Position numbers and translations under genes: made by a program. From Octopus bimaculoides (Eukaryota), in contig NC_068987.1 in NCBI RefSeq assembly GCF_001194135.2, positions 11,515,438 through 11,579,437 of the forward strand: a DNA stretch of 64,000 bases. Direction: 5' to 3'. This document shows, one piece after another, positions 13,077 to 26,053 of this stretch; position 1 is the stretch's first letter, and every line of letters begins with the position of its first letter. The notes beneath the pieces are model-generated. The model had not been told where the DNA came from. It made no database searches and worked only from the letters and a program-made list of their open reading frames with translations.

Positions 13077-13368
13077 GATGAAATTTATAGAAAAACAAAA
13101 GTTGAAGACAGGTTTATGAACAACAAGCAGGTGTATTACTTTGACGCTTGGGAAAACTGAAAAAAGTCTTTTATGTTTCAAGCCTACATACAGATATGTA
13201 AGTTTATTTCACTCTCTCTCCATTTATTTTCTCTATTCCTTTCTGCTGAAGAGCGTAGGCTCAAAACGTACAATACTTTTTCATTTTTCCCACCAGAGTG
13301 TCAAACTAATACGCCTGCTTATTATTCATACACCTGTCTTCGTCTTTTGTTTTTCTATAAATTTCAAC
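13077..13368. mobile_element. Palindromic Penelope-like terminal-repeat remnant
   Basis: Imperfect inverted arms of about 115 bp (13077-13192 vs about 13253-13368); the right arm starts in a hammerhead-like motif CTGCTGAAGAGCGTAGGCTCAAAACGT. Confidence 0.6.
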
Positions 13369-13550
13369 TATATATATGTATATATATATATATCTGTGTG
13401 TTTGTGTGTGTGTATTTATGTATATGTATATATATTTACATGAGGGTTACAAGTATCTGTGGAGTGCTCAGCCACTTGCATGTTAATTTCATGAGCAGGC
13501 TGTTCCGTTGATCGGATCTATTGGAACCCTTGTCATAACCGACCGAGGCC

Positions 13551-13580
<30 letters not shown>

Positions 13581-13584
<4 letters not shown>

Positions 13585-13791
13585 CTTTTATTTGTTTCAG
13601 TCATTTTGACTGGCCATGCTGGAGCACCACCTTTAGTCAAGCAAATCAACCCCAGGACTTATTCTTTGTACGCCTTGCACTTATTCTATCAGTCTCTCTT
13701 GTCAAACCACTAAGTTATACGGGGGACGTAAACACGCCAGCATCAGTTGTCAAGCGATGCTGTGGGGGGACAAACACAGACACACAAACAT

Positions 13792-13832
<41 letters not shown>

Positions 13833-13993
13833 TGGCTTCTTTCAGTTTCTGTCTATCAAATCCACTCACAAGGCTTTGGTTGGCCCAATGCTATAGTAGA
13901 AGACACTTACCCAAGGTGTCACACAGTGGGACTGAACCTGGAACTATGTGGTTGGTAAGCAAGCTACTTACTACACAGCCGCTCCTGCACCTA
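13581..13993 (-). mobile_element. SINE family A copy
   Basis: Reverse complement of the 22316-22696 layout. Confidence 0.85.
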
Positions 13994-15551
13994 TAAACAA
14001 ATATATATATATATATAGACACACACACACACACACACACACACATATGAATATATATCTGTTTATATATATATACATGTATGTATGAATTACAACGTCT
14101 TGTTTTAACACTATCCCTGTACACATATGGTGTTCAATTGTGAAGAATTCGCCATTATTGGTTAGCAGCATATAAGATAAATACCAATAAAAACCTGCTG
14201 GCAATGCATCATTTCCAGTTTATAATCCAAACTAACCTTTCATCTATAGCTGCTAATATCCACTGTGATGTTGATGGAGAAATGAAAAAAGTAATAGAGG
14301 GAACACTTAAAATCTATCTTGTTACGAAATGGTCGTCCATAAAATATCTACTGAATAGATATGCATGAAATTTGCCAGCTTTTATTAATATGCTTAAATG
14401 CAATTCGTTTTAAGCCTGCTGTGGCTTAGAAACAGATTTCTGTCCCCTTAAAATATACGTACAGGCTCATCTGTTGCAGATCACACAGTGTGAGAATGAT
14501 GTGTGTTGTATTTGCATGTAACGTATATTGTCTGTCGTTCTCCAATATTTACAATAATTAGAGGCACATTGCTAAGTTAGTAATATAATTTGCATATTAG
14601 CTTGATGTTGTATCAGTTGCTGAGATATTAGAAGAAATATTTATAGAGGCAGCCTTATTTTTTTTTTTGGTGATTTTCTTCCTTTTTTTCTTTTTTCTTT
14701 TTTTTGGTCGAGTTAGCTGTGATTTTTTTTTACAGTAAGCATTATAAGTGGCACAGAAAAATTATTCAATGTGATTATTTTCTTTTTCTTCCTGTCAGAA
14801 CAACAACAACAATAACAATGAGCATATAAAAGAAATTTAAATAGCCAGTTTTCGTAACAGTCACGTAGATATATATCATTACCGAATAATATATTACTAA
14901 TTAATTCACTTCAGAAATAGCTTTGCTAACATTACACCAAAACTGTTTTAGTCAGTAAATAATTCTACCCTTTTTTGGCACTGGTTGTTGTTATTATTAT
15001 TACCATTATTATTATTATTGAGTGAGAGAGCAGTGCATGCCATCAAAGTCACACTGGGGTACAAATATCCGATGCCCAATATACCCATCATGACTACCCG
15101 TCTGATAAGAGTACACCAGGCAAATGCATCACAACCATGTGTGTGACATGGTGATCTCATATCAAGGTAAACAATGCATGACCTTGTAGGTGGGGCCCAG
15201 TTAGAATTTTCTTCAGGTCGAGTAGCCCATCCTGCTCAAAAGGTCCCTGAATAATGGTTGTTCAAGGATATTGAACAAAATACCCATGTTTCCAAAGGTG
15301 AATTATCCAAACCCCACAGAATACATGACTATGATGCTCTCCACTACTTCTGCTTGAGATCAGAGATGCATATATTGCCAGCCACTAAGGGACATGCTCA
15401 ACTGGTTAAGGTCAAACAATTGATAAGCAAATCTGTTGTATTGAGCAGAATATTTGCTGTAGCCCATCTTTTATGCCAAGACAAAACAATGTACATGATA
15501 ACACTTCCAATCAGTTAAGATCAGAAGCCATGAGAGCCACTGCATACCCCA

Positions 15552-15582
<31 letters not shown>

Positions 15583-16061
15583 CTGGTCGGGTGGTAATCA
15601 TGTATCTCCTCTACAGTAAGATACCTGTTTCTGCCTCTCTGTCACACTCTAACCTTTCATCATCTGACAGACGATCGCCTCCAATGCCTTCTCCTCTCTC
15701 AAAGTGCCGGTGCTATGTAAAAAGCTTCCACTTCCACACAGTAAAATGGAAGGGCATTTGGAAGGGCATCTGACTAAAAAAAAACCATACTAAAACTGGC
15801 CACACGTGTGCTGGTGCCACATAAAAAGCACTCAGTTCACTCTGTGGAGTGGTTAGTGTTAGGAAGGGCATCCAGCCATGAAAACCATGACAAAACAAAC
15901 ACAGAAGTATGGTGCAGTCTTCTGCCGAGCCAGCTCCTGTCAAACCGTCCAACCCATGCCAGTATGGAAAGTGGATCTTAAATGATCATGATGATTAAGT
16001 AATATATGGTATAATTATGAACAGGGCAAATTTTAGCCATTGCTCCACAGACTGAAAAAAC

Positions 16062-16124
16062 AATGAACAACCTTAATCGATTTTCGAACCTTATTGGGTT
16101 CTCATCAGAGGCACCTACATCATT
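16062..16124 (-). ncRNA. Putative minimal type-I hammerhead ribozyme (Penelope-like element associated)
   Basis: Minus strand reads ...gugccu CUGAUGA GAACC caauaa GGUUC GAA AAUCGAUU A^AGGU. It has the full catalytic core, a 5-bp helix II, a palindromic helix III (AAUCGAUU), a UUA cleavage triplet, and helix I of A-U, G-C, G-C, U.G plus a distal aauga/ucauu stem. Confidence 0.75.
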
Positions 16125-18711
16125 CTGATAGTCTCCAAGGAAACAAGCAGCCAAATTGTTTATATACTCAATAAATGCAGCAGTTACTCTATGAAGGAGT
16201 CCCTAGTTAGTTTAATCATGATAGCTCACTCACCACTTAGGTGAGTTCTAGGCATAACAATTACTTAAAAAAGGGTTAAGAACCACTGGTATAAAAAAAA
16301 ACAAAAGGAGATACCTGTATTAATAACATATAACAGGTAAGAACAGAGAACAATTGAGAAGGATTCAGTAGTTACAATTTGATTCAGTTGCAAACAAACC
16401 AGCATCTTCACTCAATAAAATAACTTCCATTCTTTCTTATTCATTGGTGTTACAAGACCAACAAATGTAAAGAATCTAACAATAAACTATATTTATTCTA
16501 AACTACCTCTGACTGTGCAGTAGTATATCAGTTGTCACTGAAAGCTATTCACCAAAATGGAAATAGTTTTCAAGGGTAAGTGATACATTAATGCAATAGC
16601 TACTGCTTTTTTTTTTGCTTTTTTTCCCCACAAAATGAATTTTCTAAATCCACTGATGCTTGTCACTAGATATCCAATATTTCTCTTGGGAGAAGACTTG
16701 CTAGCAATCGCTTCCATATAGACACAATTCTTCACTATGTTTGTATTTCTATGTTGTTTTTTAGTGCTTAGTAGAGATAGAAAAACTAGATTAAATTTTT
16801 TTTCTCTAACTGTTGTTTTGGGGTCGGTTTTTTAAATTTTTTTATTCCTCCTTTCCTTTCTCACCTATTACAAAAATGATTAATTTTTGATTCTTATGAA
16901 GTTTTAATTAATATAATTCATTACAACTTGGATAAGATCCATCTTTGGATACATTTATTTTGCTTAATTTATTTGTGAAATTAAATTATGGTTATAATTT
17001 CATCGTAGTATCTGAGAAATATGTGTTTTCTTTCTACTCTGTGGATGCTGAGACGAATATCAATATTGTTAATATACAGATTGAGCCGAACCATGTGAGT
17101 GTTTTCCATAGACAAAAACTGAAAGAGGCTCCACATGAATATATCATCATCATACCGTCGTTTAATGTCCGTTTTCCATGCTGGCATGGGTTGGACAGTT
17201 TGACAGGAGCTGGCTAGCTGGGGTGCTGCCCAGACTCCAATTGTCTGTTGTGGCATGGTTTCTGTGGCTGGATGCCCTCCCTAATGCCAACCATTTTACA
17301 GCGTGTACTGGGTGCTTTTTTATGTGGCACCAACACAGGTGCTTTATATGTGGCACCTGCAAGAGGCGCTCCATATGCAAGCACCAGCACAAATGCTCTT
17401 TATATGGCACTGGCACAGGTACTTTTCAATGTGGAACCAGCATGGGTGCCATTTATATGGCACTAACATGGGTGGTGATTATGTGGAACTGGTATGGATG
17501 TTTTTTACGTGACACTGAAACAGGTGCTATATCTCTATATGTAACATAATATAATATATATAGGAGTGGTTGTGTGGTAAGAAGCTTGCTTCCCAACTAC
17601 ATAGTTCTGGGTTCAGTCCCAATGAATGACACCTTCTACTGTAGCCTCGGGCCGACCAAACCTTTGTGAGTGGATTTGGTAGACGGAAATTGAAAGAAAC
17701 CTATCATATATATATATATATATATATANNNNNNNNNNNNNNNNNNNNNNNNNNNNNNNNNNNNNNNNNNNNNNNNNNNNNNNNNNNNNNNNNNNNNNNN
17801 NNNNNNNNNNNNNNNNNNNNNNNNNNNNNNNNNNNNNNNNNNNNNNNNNNNNNNNNNNNNNNNNNNNNNNNNNNNNNNNNNNNNNNNNNNNNNNNNNNNN
17901 NNNNNNNNNNNNNNNNNNNNNNNNNNNNNNNNNNNNNNNNNNNNNNNNNNNNNNNNNNNNNNNNNNNNNNNNNNNNNNNNNNNNNNNNNNNNNNNNNNNN
18001 NNNNNNNNNNNNNNNNNNNNNNNNNNNNNNNNNNNNNNNNNNNNNNNNNNNNNNNNNNNNNNNNNNNNNNNNNNNNNNNNNNNNNNNNNNNNNNNNNNNN
18101 NNNNNNNNNNNNNNNNNNNNNNNNNNNNNNNNNNNNNNNNNNNNNNNNNNNNNNNNNNNNNNNNNNNNNNNNNNNNNNNNNNNNNNNNNNNNNNNNNNNN
18201 NNNNNNNNNNNNNNNNNNNNNNNNNNNNNNNNNNNNNNNNNNNNNNNNNNNNNNNNNNNNNNNNNNNNNNNNNNNNNNNNNNNNNNNNNNNNNNNNNNNN
18301 NNNNNNNNNNNNNNNNNNNNNNNNNNNNNNNNNNNNNNNNNNNNNNNNNNNNNNNNNNNNNNNNNNNNNNNNNNNNNNNNNNNNNNNNNNNNNNNNNNNN
18401 NNNNNNNNNNNNNNNNNNNNNNNNNNNNNNNNNNNNNNNNNNNNNNNNNNNNNNNNNNNNNNNNNNNNNNNNNNNNNNNNNNNNNNNNNNNNNNNNNCCT
18501 ACCTCTTCCACGGGTTCCCTCAACTGTTAGGGTGTGGCACTTTTTCACGCAGCTATCACTAACCATTCTTCTATCCCAAGTTTCCTATATATATATACAT
18601 ATATATATAAAAACAATATATGAGTATATGCATATATATGTACATGTATGTACATACCTTCATCTACATGTACATATAGATACATATCTAGGTACATGAC
18701 GTTGCAAAAAA

Positions 18712-18768
<57 letters not shown>

Positions 18769-20580
18769 TTGTGTGTCTGTGTTTGTCCCCCCACCATTGC
18801 TTGATAACCGATGTTGGTGTGTTTACGTCCCTGTAACTTAACGGCTTGGCAAAAGTGACCGATATAATAAGTACTAGGCTTATAAAGAATAAGTCCTGGG
18901 GTCGATTTGTTTGACTAAAGGCACTGCTCCAGCATGGCTGCAGCCAAATGACTGAAACAAGTAAAAGAATTAAAGAGTTTATATTAAAGAAGATTAGCTT
19001 AAAAGTTATTATCTATTTTAAAAAATCTTTTCAAGTCTTTCAAAAACAGAATGATACAATCTTTTTGAAAGTTCTTGTATTGTGTGAAAGCACTTATTTT
19101 TTATGCATATATTTGTATATGAGTGTGGTGTGAATGTGTACATGCATGTGTGTATGTATATATATGTGTGTGTGTGTATGTGTGTGTGTATATATATTAT
19201 ATATATATATATATATATATGGAATTCATTAGGGCGAGGGATTTTGAACTTACTGGCCGATAAATTTCTTAACGTCTTCCTCACGTGGTATTGATGTTCA
19301 CATGGTCAAAATTAACGTGAGTTATTTAGACATTAACAAATTTATTAGAATATTTAGCTGAAGATCAGAATAGAGTATTATGTACTCTTAACTGTGAAAC
19401 AATTGTACTAAATTAACTAAAGGCAAGTGTTTTTTTACTCTTCTCTACTGTTTTTTGTTCTGTGTGTANNNNNNNNNNNNNNNNNNNNNNNNNNNNNNNN
19501 NNNNNNNNNNNNNNNNNNNNNNNNNNNNNNNNNNNNNNNNNNNNNNNNNNNNNNNNNNNNNNNNNNNNNNNNNNNNNNNNNNNNNNNNNNNNNNNNNNNN
19601 NNNNNNNNNNNNNNNNNNNNNNNNNNNNNNNNNNNNNNNNNNNNNNNNNNNNNNNNNNNNNNNNNNNNNNNNNNNNNNNNNNNNNNNNNNNNNNNNNNNN
19701 NNNNNNNNNNNNNNNNNNNNNNNNNNNNNNNNNNNNNNNNNNNNNNNNNNNNNNNNNNNNNNNNNNNNNNNNNNNNNNNNNNNNNNNNNNNNNNNATATA
19801 TATATATATATATAATAATACAAAGAATATATATACATGTATACACACATATATGTACATACTTACATCTACATGTGTATATACATGCATATCAGGGTAC
19901 AGGACGTTAGAACAATAAACTACAGACAACGGAACGAACACATAGGAAAACGGAAAGCCCCTTGGAATATCCCTTCATCAGCTGTCTCTATTCTATATAT
20001 ATATATGTATGTATGTATGTATGTGTATGTGTGTATATATATGTCCCTTCTGTCAAGCCATGTTGATCCAGTTTTCCCCTGAAGTCAGTTGTTCTTAGGC
20101 TGGGCAGTAGCAACTGCTTTGGGAACACAAAGGAATAGCAAATGTCATGGTAGGGGGACTATTTTTTTTTTTTTTTGTGTGTCCAGTATTTGTAAACAAG
20201 CGTTGCCACCATACACATGGTATCCTTCCTTTCCAATCTTTCATGAAAATATGTCGGGTCATGGGGAAGTATTAGCTTTCATGGAAACAGGTGAGGGTTG
20301 GCACACGGAAGAGCATCCCATCCAGCCAGAGAAAATCAACCTCAGTAAACGCCATCCGATCTATGCAAGCATGGAAAAGCAGATGTTAAAAACGATGACG
20401 TTGATAATTCTGACGACGACGACGACGACTGACGATGATGACGACGACGAAAATGATGACTATGATGATGACAACGACAAAAACAATTACGACTAGATTA
20501 CGATGATGACAATGATGATGATAGCAACACCGAGGAGGATGGATGGTAACGCAGGGGCGTTTGTAAAACTCCATTTAGTG

Positions 20581-20844
20581 CAGGGGTTTTCAAACTTCTT
20601 GACTTATATTTCAGGCTTTACCTTAGAGACCCCCTTATAAATGCTTATGAAATTTATACATAAATATTTGCTTAAAAATAACATATATTTTTACATTTGT
20701 TTATTTAACAGTATTTAACAAATAGGTTTATTGTCAATTAAAAGATTTCGATTAAAAAACATGTATAAAATCAAATTGCCCATAAAAAGTATTTGCTGTC
20801 CACGGACCCCCTGTGGTCCGCGGACCACAGTTTGAAAACCACTG
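20581..20844. mobile_element. hAT-type MITE with perfect 8-bp TSD
   Basis: TIR CAGGGGTTTTCAAAC...GTTTGAAAACCACTG; ATTTAGTG duplicated at 20573-20580 and 20845-20852. Confidence 0.9.
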
Positions 20845-22315
20845 ATTTAGTGTAAAGGCTATTAGAAATCAAGTATCACTGTTCTAGTTAAGAGGCTTGA
20901 ACATCACAACATCACACAAATTTGTGCACCCTATAAAGTTTAATCTTTCGCTATCAGGCCTTTATGTAAAGAGACTAAAATTGTCGGGCTTCTTTCGCAG
21001 ACGACACATCTCTCATGTCTCCCCTGCTCCCACCTTAATATAAAACTATCTTCCTCTAACCGTTTTTTATTTTTATTCACACTCCATCTACTAATCTCTG
21101 TATGAACTAAACACTACGTGACACGATCCCTTTCACTGCTTCTCATATTTCCCTATCTCTTTACTTCCCTCTCTACCTATATCATGTATCTCCTCTATAC
21201 CTATCTATCTATTACTCTTTATATCCGGCTTACACACGCGCGCACGCACACACACACACATAGACACACACTCACTCTCTCTCACTCTTTCGCGCACGTT
21301 TCCTTTCTATCTAGCATTTATTCTCTCTTTCTCCCTGATTTTCTCTCTCTCTCTATTGTATGTAAACATCACAGTCTCTCATGTCTATCAGCTTGTCTAT
21401 CTTAATCTCTCTCTCTCACACACATACTCACTCTTTCTCTCTCACATACACACATGCACAGTTGACTCATTCAGAAGATGTGAACACTGGTAATGAAAAG
21501 GAAAAAAAAGAAAAAGAAAAGAGAGAGAAAAGAAAACACTATAGAACAATGTCCCTATAGTACAGAGAGTACTTCATGAAGCTTGCATAGATAAGAGAAA
21601 TGAACTTTCCACTAGCACACACACGCACACACACACACACACACGCACGCACTCATACACACACACACACACACACATGCACGCATACGCGCACGCACAC
21701 ACTCTGTTTATGCTTGTGTTTAGTGTATTTCATAGTGAGTGAATAGAGAAAGATTTCGGAACTAAACACAATATATATAATGGTTTCTGCCAGGAGTAAA
21801 ATATAGAGTAATAGGTTTCATGTGAAAGAATTTTAAATGTGTCACAGTTATGTCGGTAAGACACAGGAGGAAGGCTTTTTCCATATTTTTATTTTCACTT
21901 ATAAATTTATTATTATTATTATTATTATTATTTTGTTTTTGGTGTTTAGTTTGGCTTATTTGTGAGCGAATATATATCACACGAGAGGGGATTTGGGCAA
22001 CAGCATTTTTATGACATTCAAGAACATTTTAATACCATTCCATTGCGATTTATGACTGAACATGTGAATAATCATTTCTCTATGACAAGGATTTTAAAGG
22101 GGGTTTCTTTTCGTTTGTTTATTTTTTAGTGAGCATCTAGCATATTTAGAAGTATGTGACTGAATAAAATGTTTAGGTTTGTTTAAATTTATAAATCTTC
22201 ATCAATTACTGTACATCTATCACTCCCATAATGGGGAGTCTCTATGTTGGTTGCTCAACCTACTAAAAATAGTAGCTCAATCACCCCCCTCGAACACTTT
22301 ATAAAAGAAAAAGAA

Positions 22316-22696
22316 GGACTGAGTGGCTGTGTGGTAAGTAGCTTGCTTACGAACTACATGGTTCCGGGTTCAGTCCCACTGTGTGGCACCTTGGGCAAGT
22401 GTCTTCTACTATAGCCTCGGGCCGACCAAAGCCTTGTGAGTGGATTTGGTAGACGGAAACTGAAAGAAGCCCGTCGTATATATGTATGTATGTTTGTGTG
22501 TATGTGTTTGTCCCCCCCCCCATCGCTTGATAATCGATGCTGGTGTGTTTACGTCCCCGTAGTCTAGCGGTTCGGCAAATAGAGACCAATAGAATAAGTA
22601 CTAGGCTTACAAAGAATAAGTCCTGGGGTCGATTTGCTCGACTAAAGGCGGTGCTCCAGCATGGCCGTAGTCAAATGACTGAAACAAGTAAAAGAG
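22316..22696 (+). mobile_element. tRNA-derived SINE family A (representative full-length copy)
   Basis: A box TGGCTGTGTGG, B box GGTTCAGTCCC, core CCTTGGGCAAGTGTCTT...GATTTGGTAGACGGAAACTGAAAGAAGCC, internal microsatellite, tail GAAACAAGTAAAAGA. At least 20 further full or partial copies, e.g. 3016, 5503, 6490, 8437, 13580, 17560, 23830, 30080, 58160, 61630. Confidence 0.9.
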
Positions 22697-24217
22697 AAAT
22701 AATTAAAGCTGCAAAATTTTCACAGAACTCTTACTCAGAGTTTCACGTTCCCGTTCGCCGGACAGTTGGGATAAATATATTGGCAACATGGTCGTGGTCT
22801 AGTACAGAGAGATATAACAGGAGGGAGGGGTGCTATGCTAATAAAAAGTATATTCCTCCACCTTTGGTATTCGAGTACTATTTTGAAAAGGGCGCATAAA
22901 ACAAATTATTATTATTATTTAATAGTCATTTAAACTTTATATTTCTTTTTAAAGCTAAAACGTGAGGAGTGGTGAGTCTTGATATTTCATTTGGAACACC
23001 TAATTAAAAAACTTTATTATTTTACTATTCATTTAGCTTCTTTTTTTCTTTTCTTCCTTTAAAAAAAGTTCTGCTTTTGCACATTGGCATAAGCGATATA
23101 GTTTTATTTTTAAGACAAAGTTAATTTTACAGCTGGGTGCCCTTGCTGCTGCTAACCACTCAACTGTGAAATAAAAGTGGAAACCTGTTTCTTATTCAGT
23201 CATATAAACAGGTTAATGTCTTACTTAGGGTTACAACCTAATGACAATAGAAACATTTGTACCTATGACCTATGGATGCGTATTATGATGTCTTAACTTT
23301 TCAGCTAAACTTACTTCATTATCATGCTTCATAAGCAAAGTGGTTTATAAAACAATGTTCTATACACCCAGGTGTAGCTGTTTTGTTGAAAAGTTGCCAT
23401 TGTGTGACAACTTGAAATATGTATCTTCTACTATAGGATCAGGCAAGCCAAAGCCTTCTGAATGGATTTAGTATATATCAGGGTCGCCTCACTGGCACTT
23501 GTGCCGGTGGCATGTTAGAAAATCATACGAGCAAGGTCGTTGCCAGTGCCGCTGGACTGACTCCTGTGCAGGTGGCATGTAAAAAACACCATTTTGAGCG
23601 TGACCGTTGCCAGTACCGCGTGACTGGCCCTCATGCCGGTGGCACGTAAAAGCACCCACTACACTCTTGGAGTGGCTGGCGTTAGGACCCTCACCTATTT
23701 CAAAGCAAGGTAATATTTTCCTCCTATGGCCAGATGCGATTCTCACAGATGATCAGAAACGAACAACACTGCTTTGTATAATAGTGATGCCTATTTACAA
23801 CCATTACAAGATGTCTAGGACAAGGTAAGAGTAAACACACACACACACACAGATACACAGACACACACATACACACACAACAGGTTTCTTTCAGTTTCCA
23901 TCTACCAAGTTCACTTTGCATGGCTCGAGGCTACAGTAGAAGACTCTTAACCAAGATGGTGCACAGAGGGACTGAACTGGAGACAACACGTTTGGAAACC
24001 AAACTTCTCAACCACACACCCACTCACGTGCTTATTTCTTATTTGTCATGTTATTTATAGTTCTAGCTATACTGCACTACCATTTCATCATATAACAATA
24101 TTTTATAAACTCATAGATTATATCATTTAACACCATCCAGTTTGACTACTGATGGTACACCATTGCTTTTTACTTACACTGTATACACACACACACACGT
24201 AAATGAAAAGAATGCAC

Positions 24218-25656
24218 CCCCCCTCTTATTTATCATAGTCCTCCAGGCAATCACAGAGGAGTTCAAGACAGGTTGCCCCTGGGAGCTCCTCTATGTGGAT
24301 GACCTTGCCCTAATTGCGGAGTCACTATCAGAACTAGAGGAGAAGTTTCAGGTGTGGAAGTAAGGTCTAGAATTGAAGGGCCTTAGAGTCAACCTAGCTA
24401 AAACCAAAATCCTAATAAGTAGGAAGGTAGATAAAACACAAACCCCTTCAGGTAGATGGCCCTGCTCAGTATGTAGAAAAGGAGTAGGTAGTAACTCTAT
24501 AAGATGTACCCGGTGCAAGCTATGGACACATAAGAGGTGCAGCAACATCAAAGGCAGGTTAACTAGCAAGTTAGTTTTTGTTTGTGGCAGATGCTCANNN
24601 NNNNNNNNNNNNNNNNNNNNNNNNNNNNNNNNNNNNNNNNNNNNNNNNNNNNNNNNNNNNNNNNNNNNNNNNNNNNNNNNNNNNNNNNNNNNNNNNNNNN
24701 NNNNNNNNNNNNNNNNNNNNNNNNNNNNNNNNNNNNNNNNNNNNNNNNNNNNNNNNNNNNNNNNNNNNNNNNNNNNNNNNNNNNNNNNNNNNNNNNNNNN
24801 NNNNNNNNNNNNNNNNNNNNNNNNNNNNNNNNNNNNNNNNNNNNNNNNNNNNNNNNNNNNNNNNNNNNNNNNNNNNNNNNNNNNNNNNNNNNNNNNNNNN
24901 NNNNNNNNNNNNNNNNNNNNNNNNNNNNNNNNNNNNNNNNNNNNNNNNNNNNNNNNNNNNNNNNNNNNNNNNNNNNNNNNNNNNNNNNNNNNNNNNNNNN
25001 NNNNNNNNNNNNNNNNNNNNNNNNNNNNNNNNNNNNNNNNNNNNNNNNNNNNNNNNNNNNNNNNNNNNNNNNNNNNNNNNNNNNNNNNNNNNNNNNNNNN
25101 NNNNNNNNNNNNNNNNNNNNNNNNNNNNNNNNNNNNNNNNNNNNNNNNNNNNNNNNNNNNNNNNNNNNNNNNNNNNNNNNNNNNNNNNNNNNNNNNNNNN
25201 NNNNNNNNNNNNNNNNNNNNNNNNNNNNNNNNNNNNNNNNNNNNNNNNNNNNNNNNNNNNNNNNNNNNNNNNNNNNNNNNNNNNNNNNNNNNNNNNNNNN
25301 NNNNNNNNNNNNNNNNNNNNNNNNNNNNNNNNNNNNNNNNNNNNNNNNNNNNNNNNNNNNNNNNNNNNNNNNNNNNNNNNNNNNNNNNNNNNNNNNNNNN
25401 NNNNNNNNNNNNNNNNNNNNNNNNNGGCACATAAAAGACACCATTTCGAGCGTGGCCGTTTTCGTGCGGGTGACACGTAAAAGCACCCACTACACTCTGA
25501 GTGGTTGGCGTTAGGAAGGGCATCCAGCTGTAGAAACTCTGCCAAATTAGATTGGAGCCTGGTGTTGCCATCCGGTTTCACCAGTCCTCAGTCAAATCGT
25601 CCAACCCATGCTAGCATGGAAAGCGGACGTTAAACGATGATGATGATGATGATGAT
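24218..25656 (+). mobile_element. RTE-clade LINE, 5'-truncated, RT followed by PHD-like finger, gapped
   Basis: PWELLYVDDLALIAES...GLRVNLAKTK (RT, YxDD motif; stop at 24361) then a C4HC3 finger at 24463-24594; 3' UTR and (GAT)n tail nearly identical to the 4088 copy. Confidence 0.92.
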
Positions 25657-26053
25657 TAAGTACAGGACATCACCAATAAGCAAACATTACGTAAACACCC
25701 AATAAAAGACAAGTATGGGACAAAATACCAAAAGAAGTCTAACTCCTCCTCAGTTGTCGAATGTATATTACTACCTGTTTCCTACTTTTAATGACAAGAC
25801 AGGAAAACTTCATAAGACAGCAGCATCCAGAAATTTTTTAAATATAAAATCTGTGGAGAGTTAGGGATTCCAATGAACATACAATACCAGAGTGGATGTA
25901 TGGAAATGATCAACGAAGACAGACGTTTAGGGCTGTTAGGCCAAGACAAATCATATACGTATACATGTTCATGTACTGACAGGGGAGATGACAGTCCCAT
26001 TAGCAAAGCTAGATCACTAGATTAGACTAGTTTTGCCTGAAAAATTACAGACA

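Noticed and set aside
19950-19985. Minus-strand CTGATGAAGGG as another hammerhead
   Set aside because: No GAAA after the potential helix II, so the core is incomplete.
22316-22400. tRNA genes
   Set aside because: A and B boxes are SINE heads without a cloverleaf or acceptor stem, and they continue into SINE cores.
22735-22789. Minus-strand ACCATG exon MLPIYLSQLSGERERETL
   Set aside because: No homology recognised and no convincing next exon; noted only as part of a small CpG patch.
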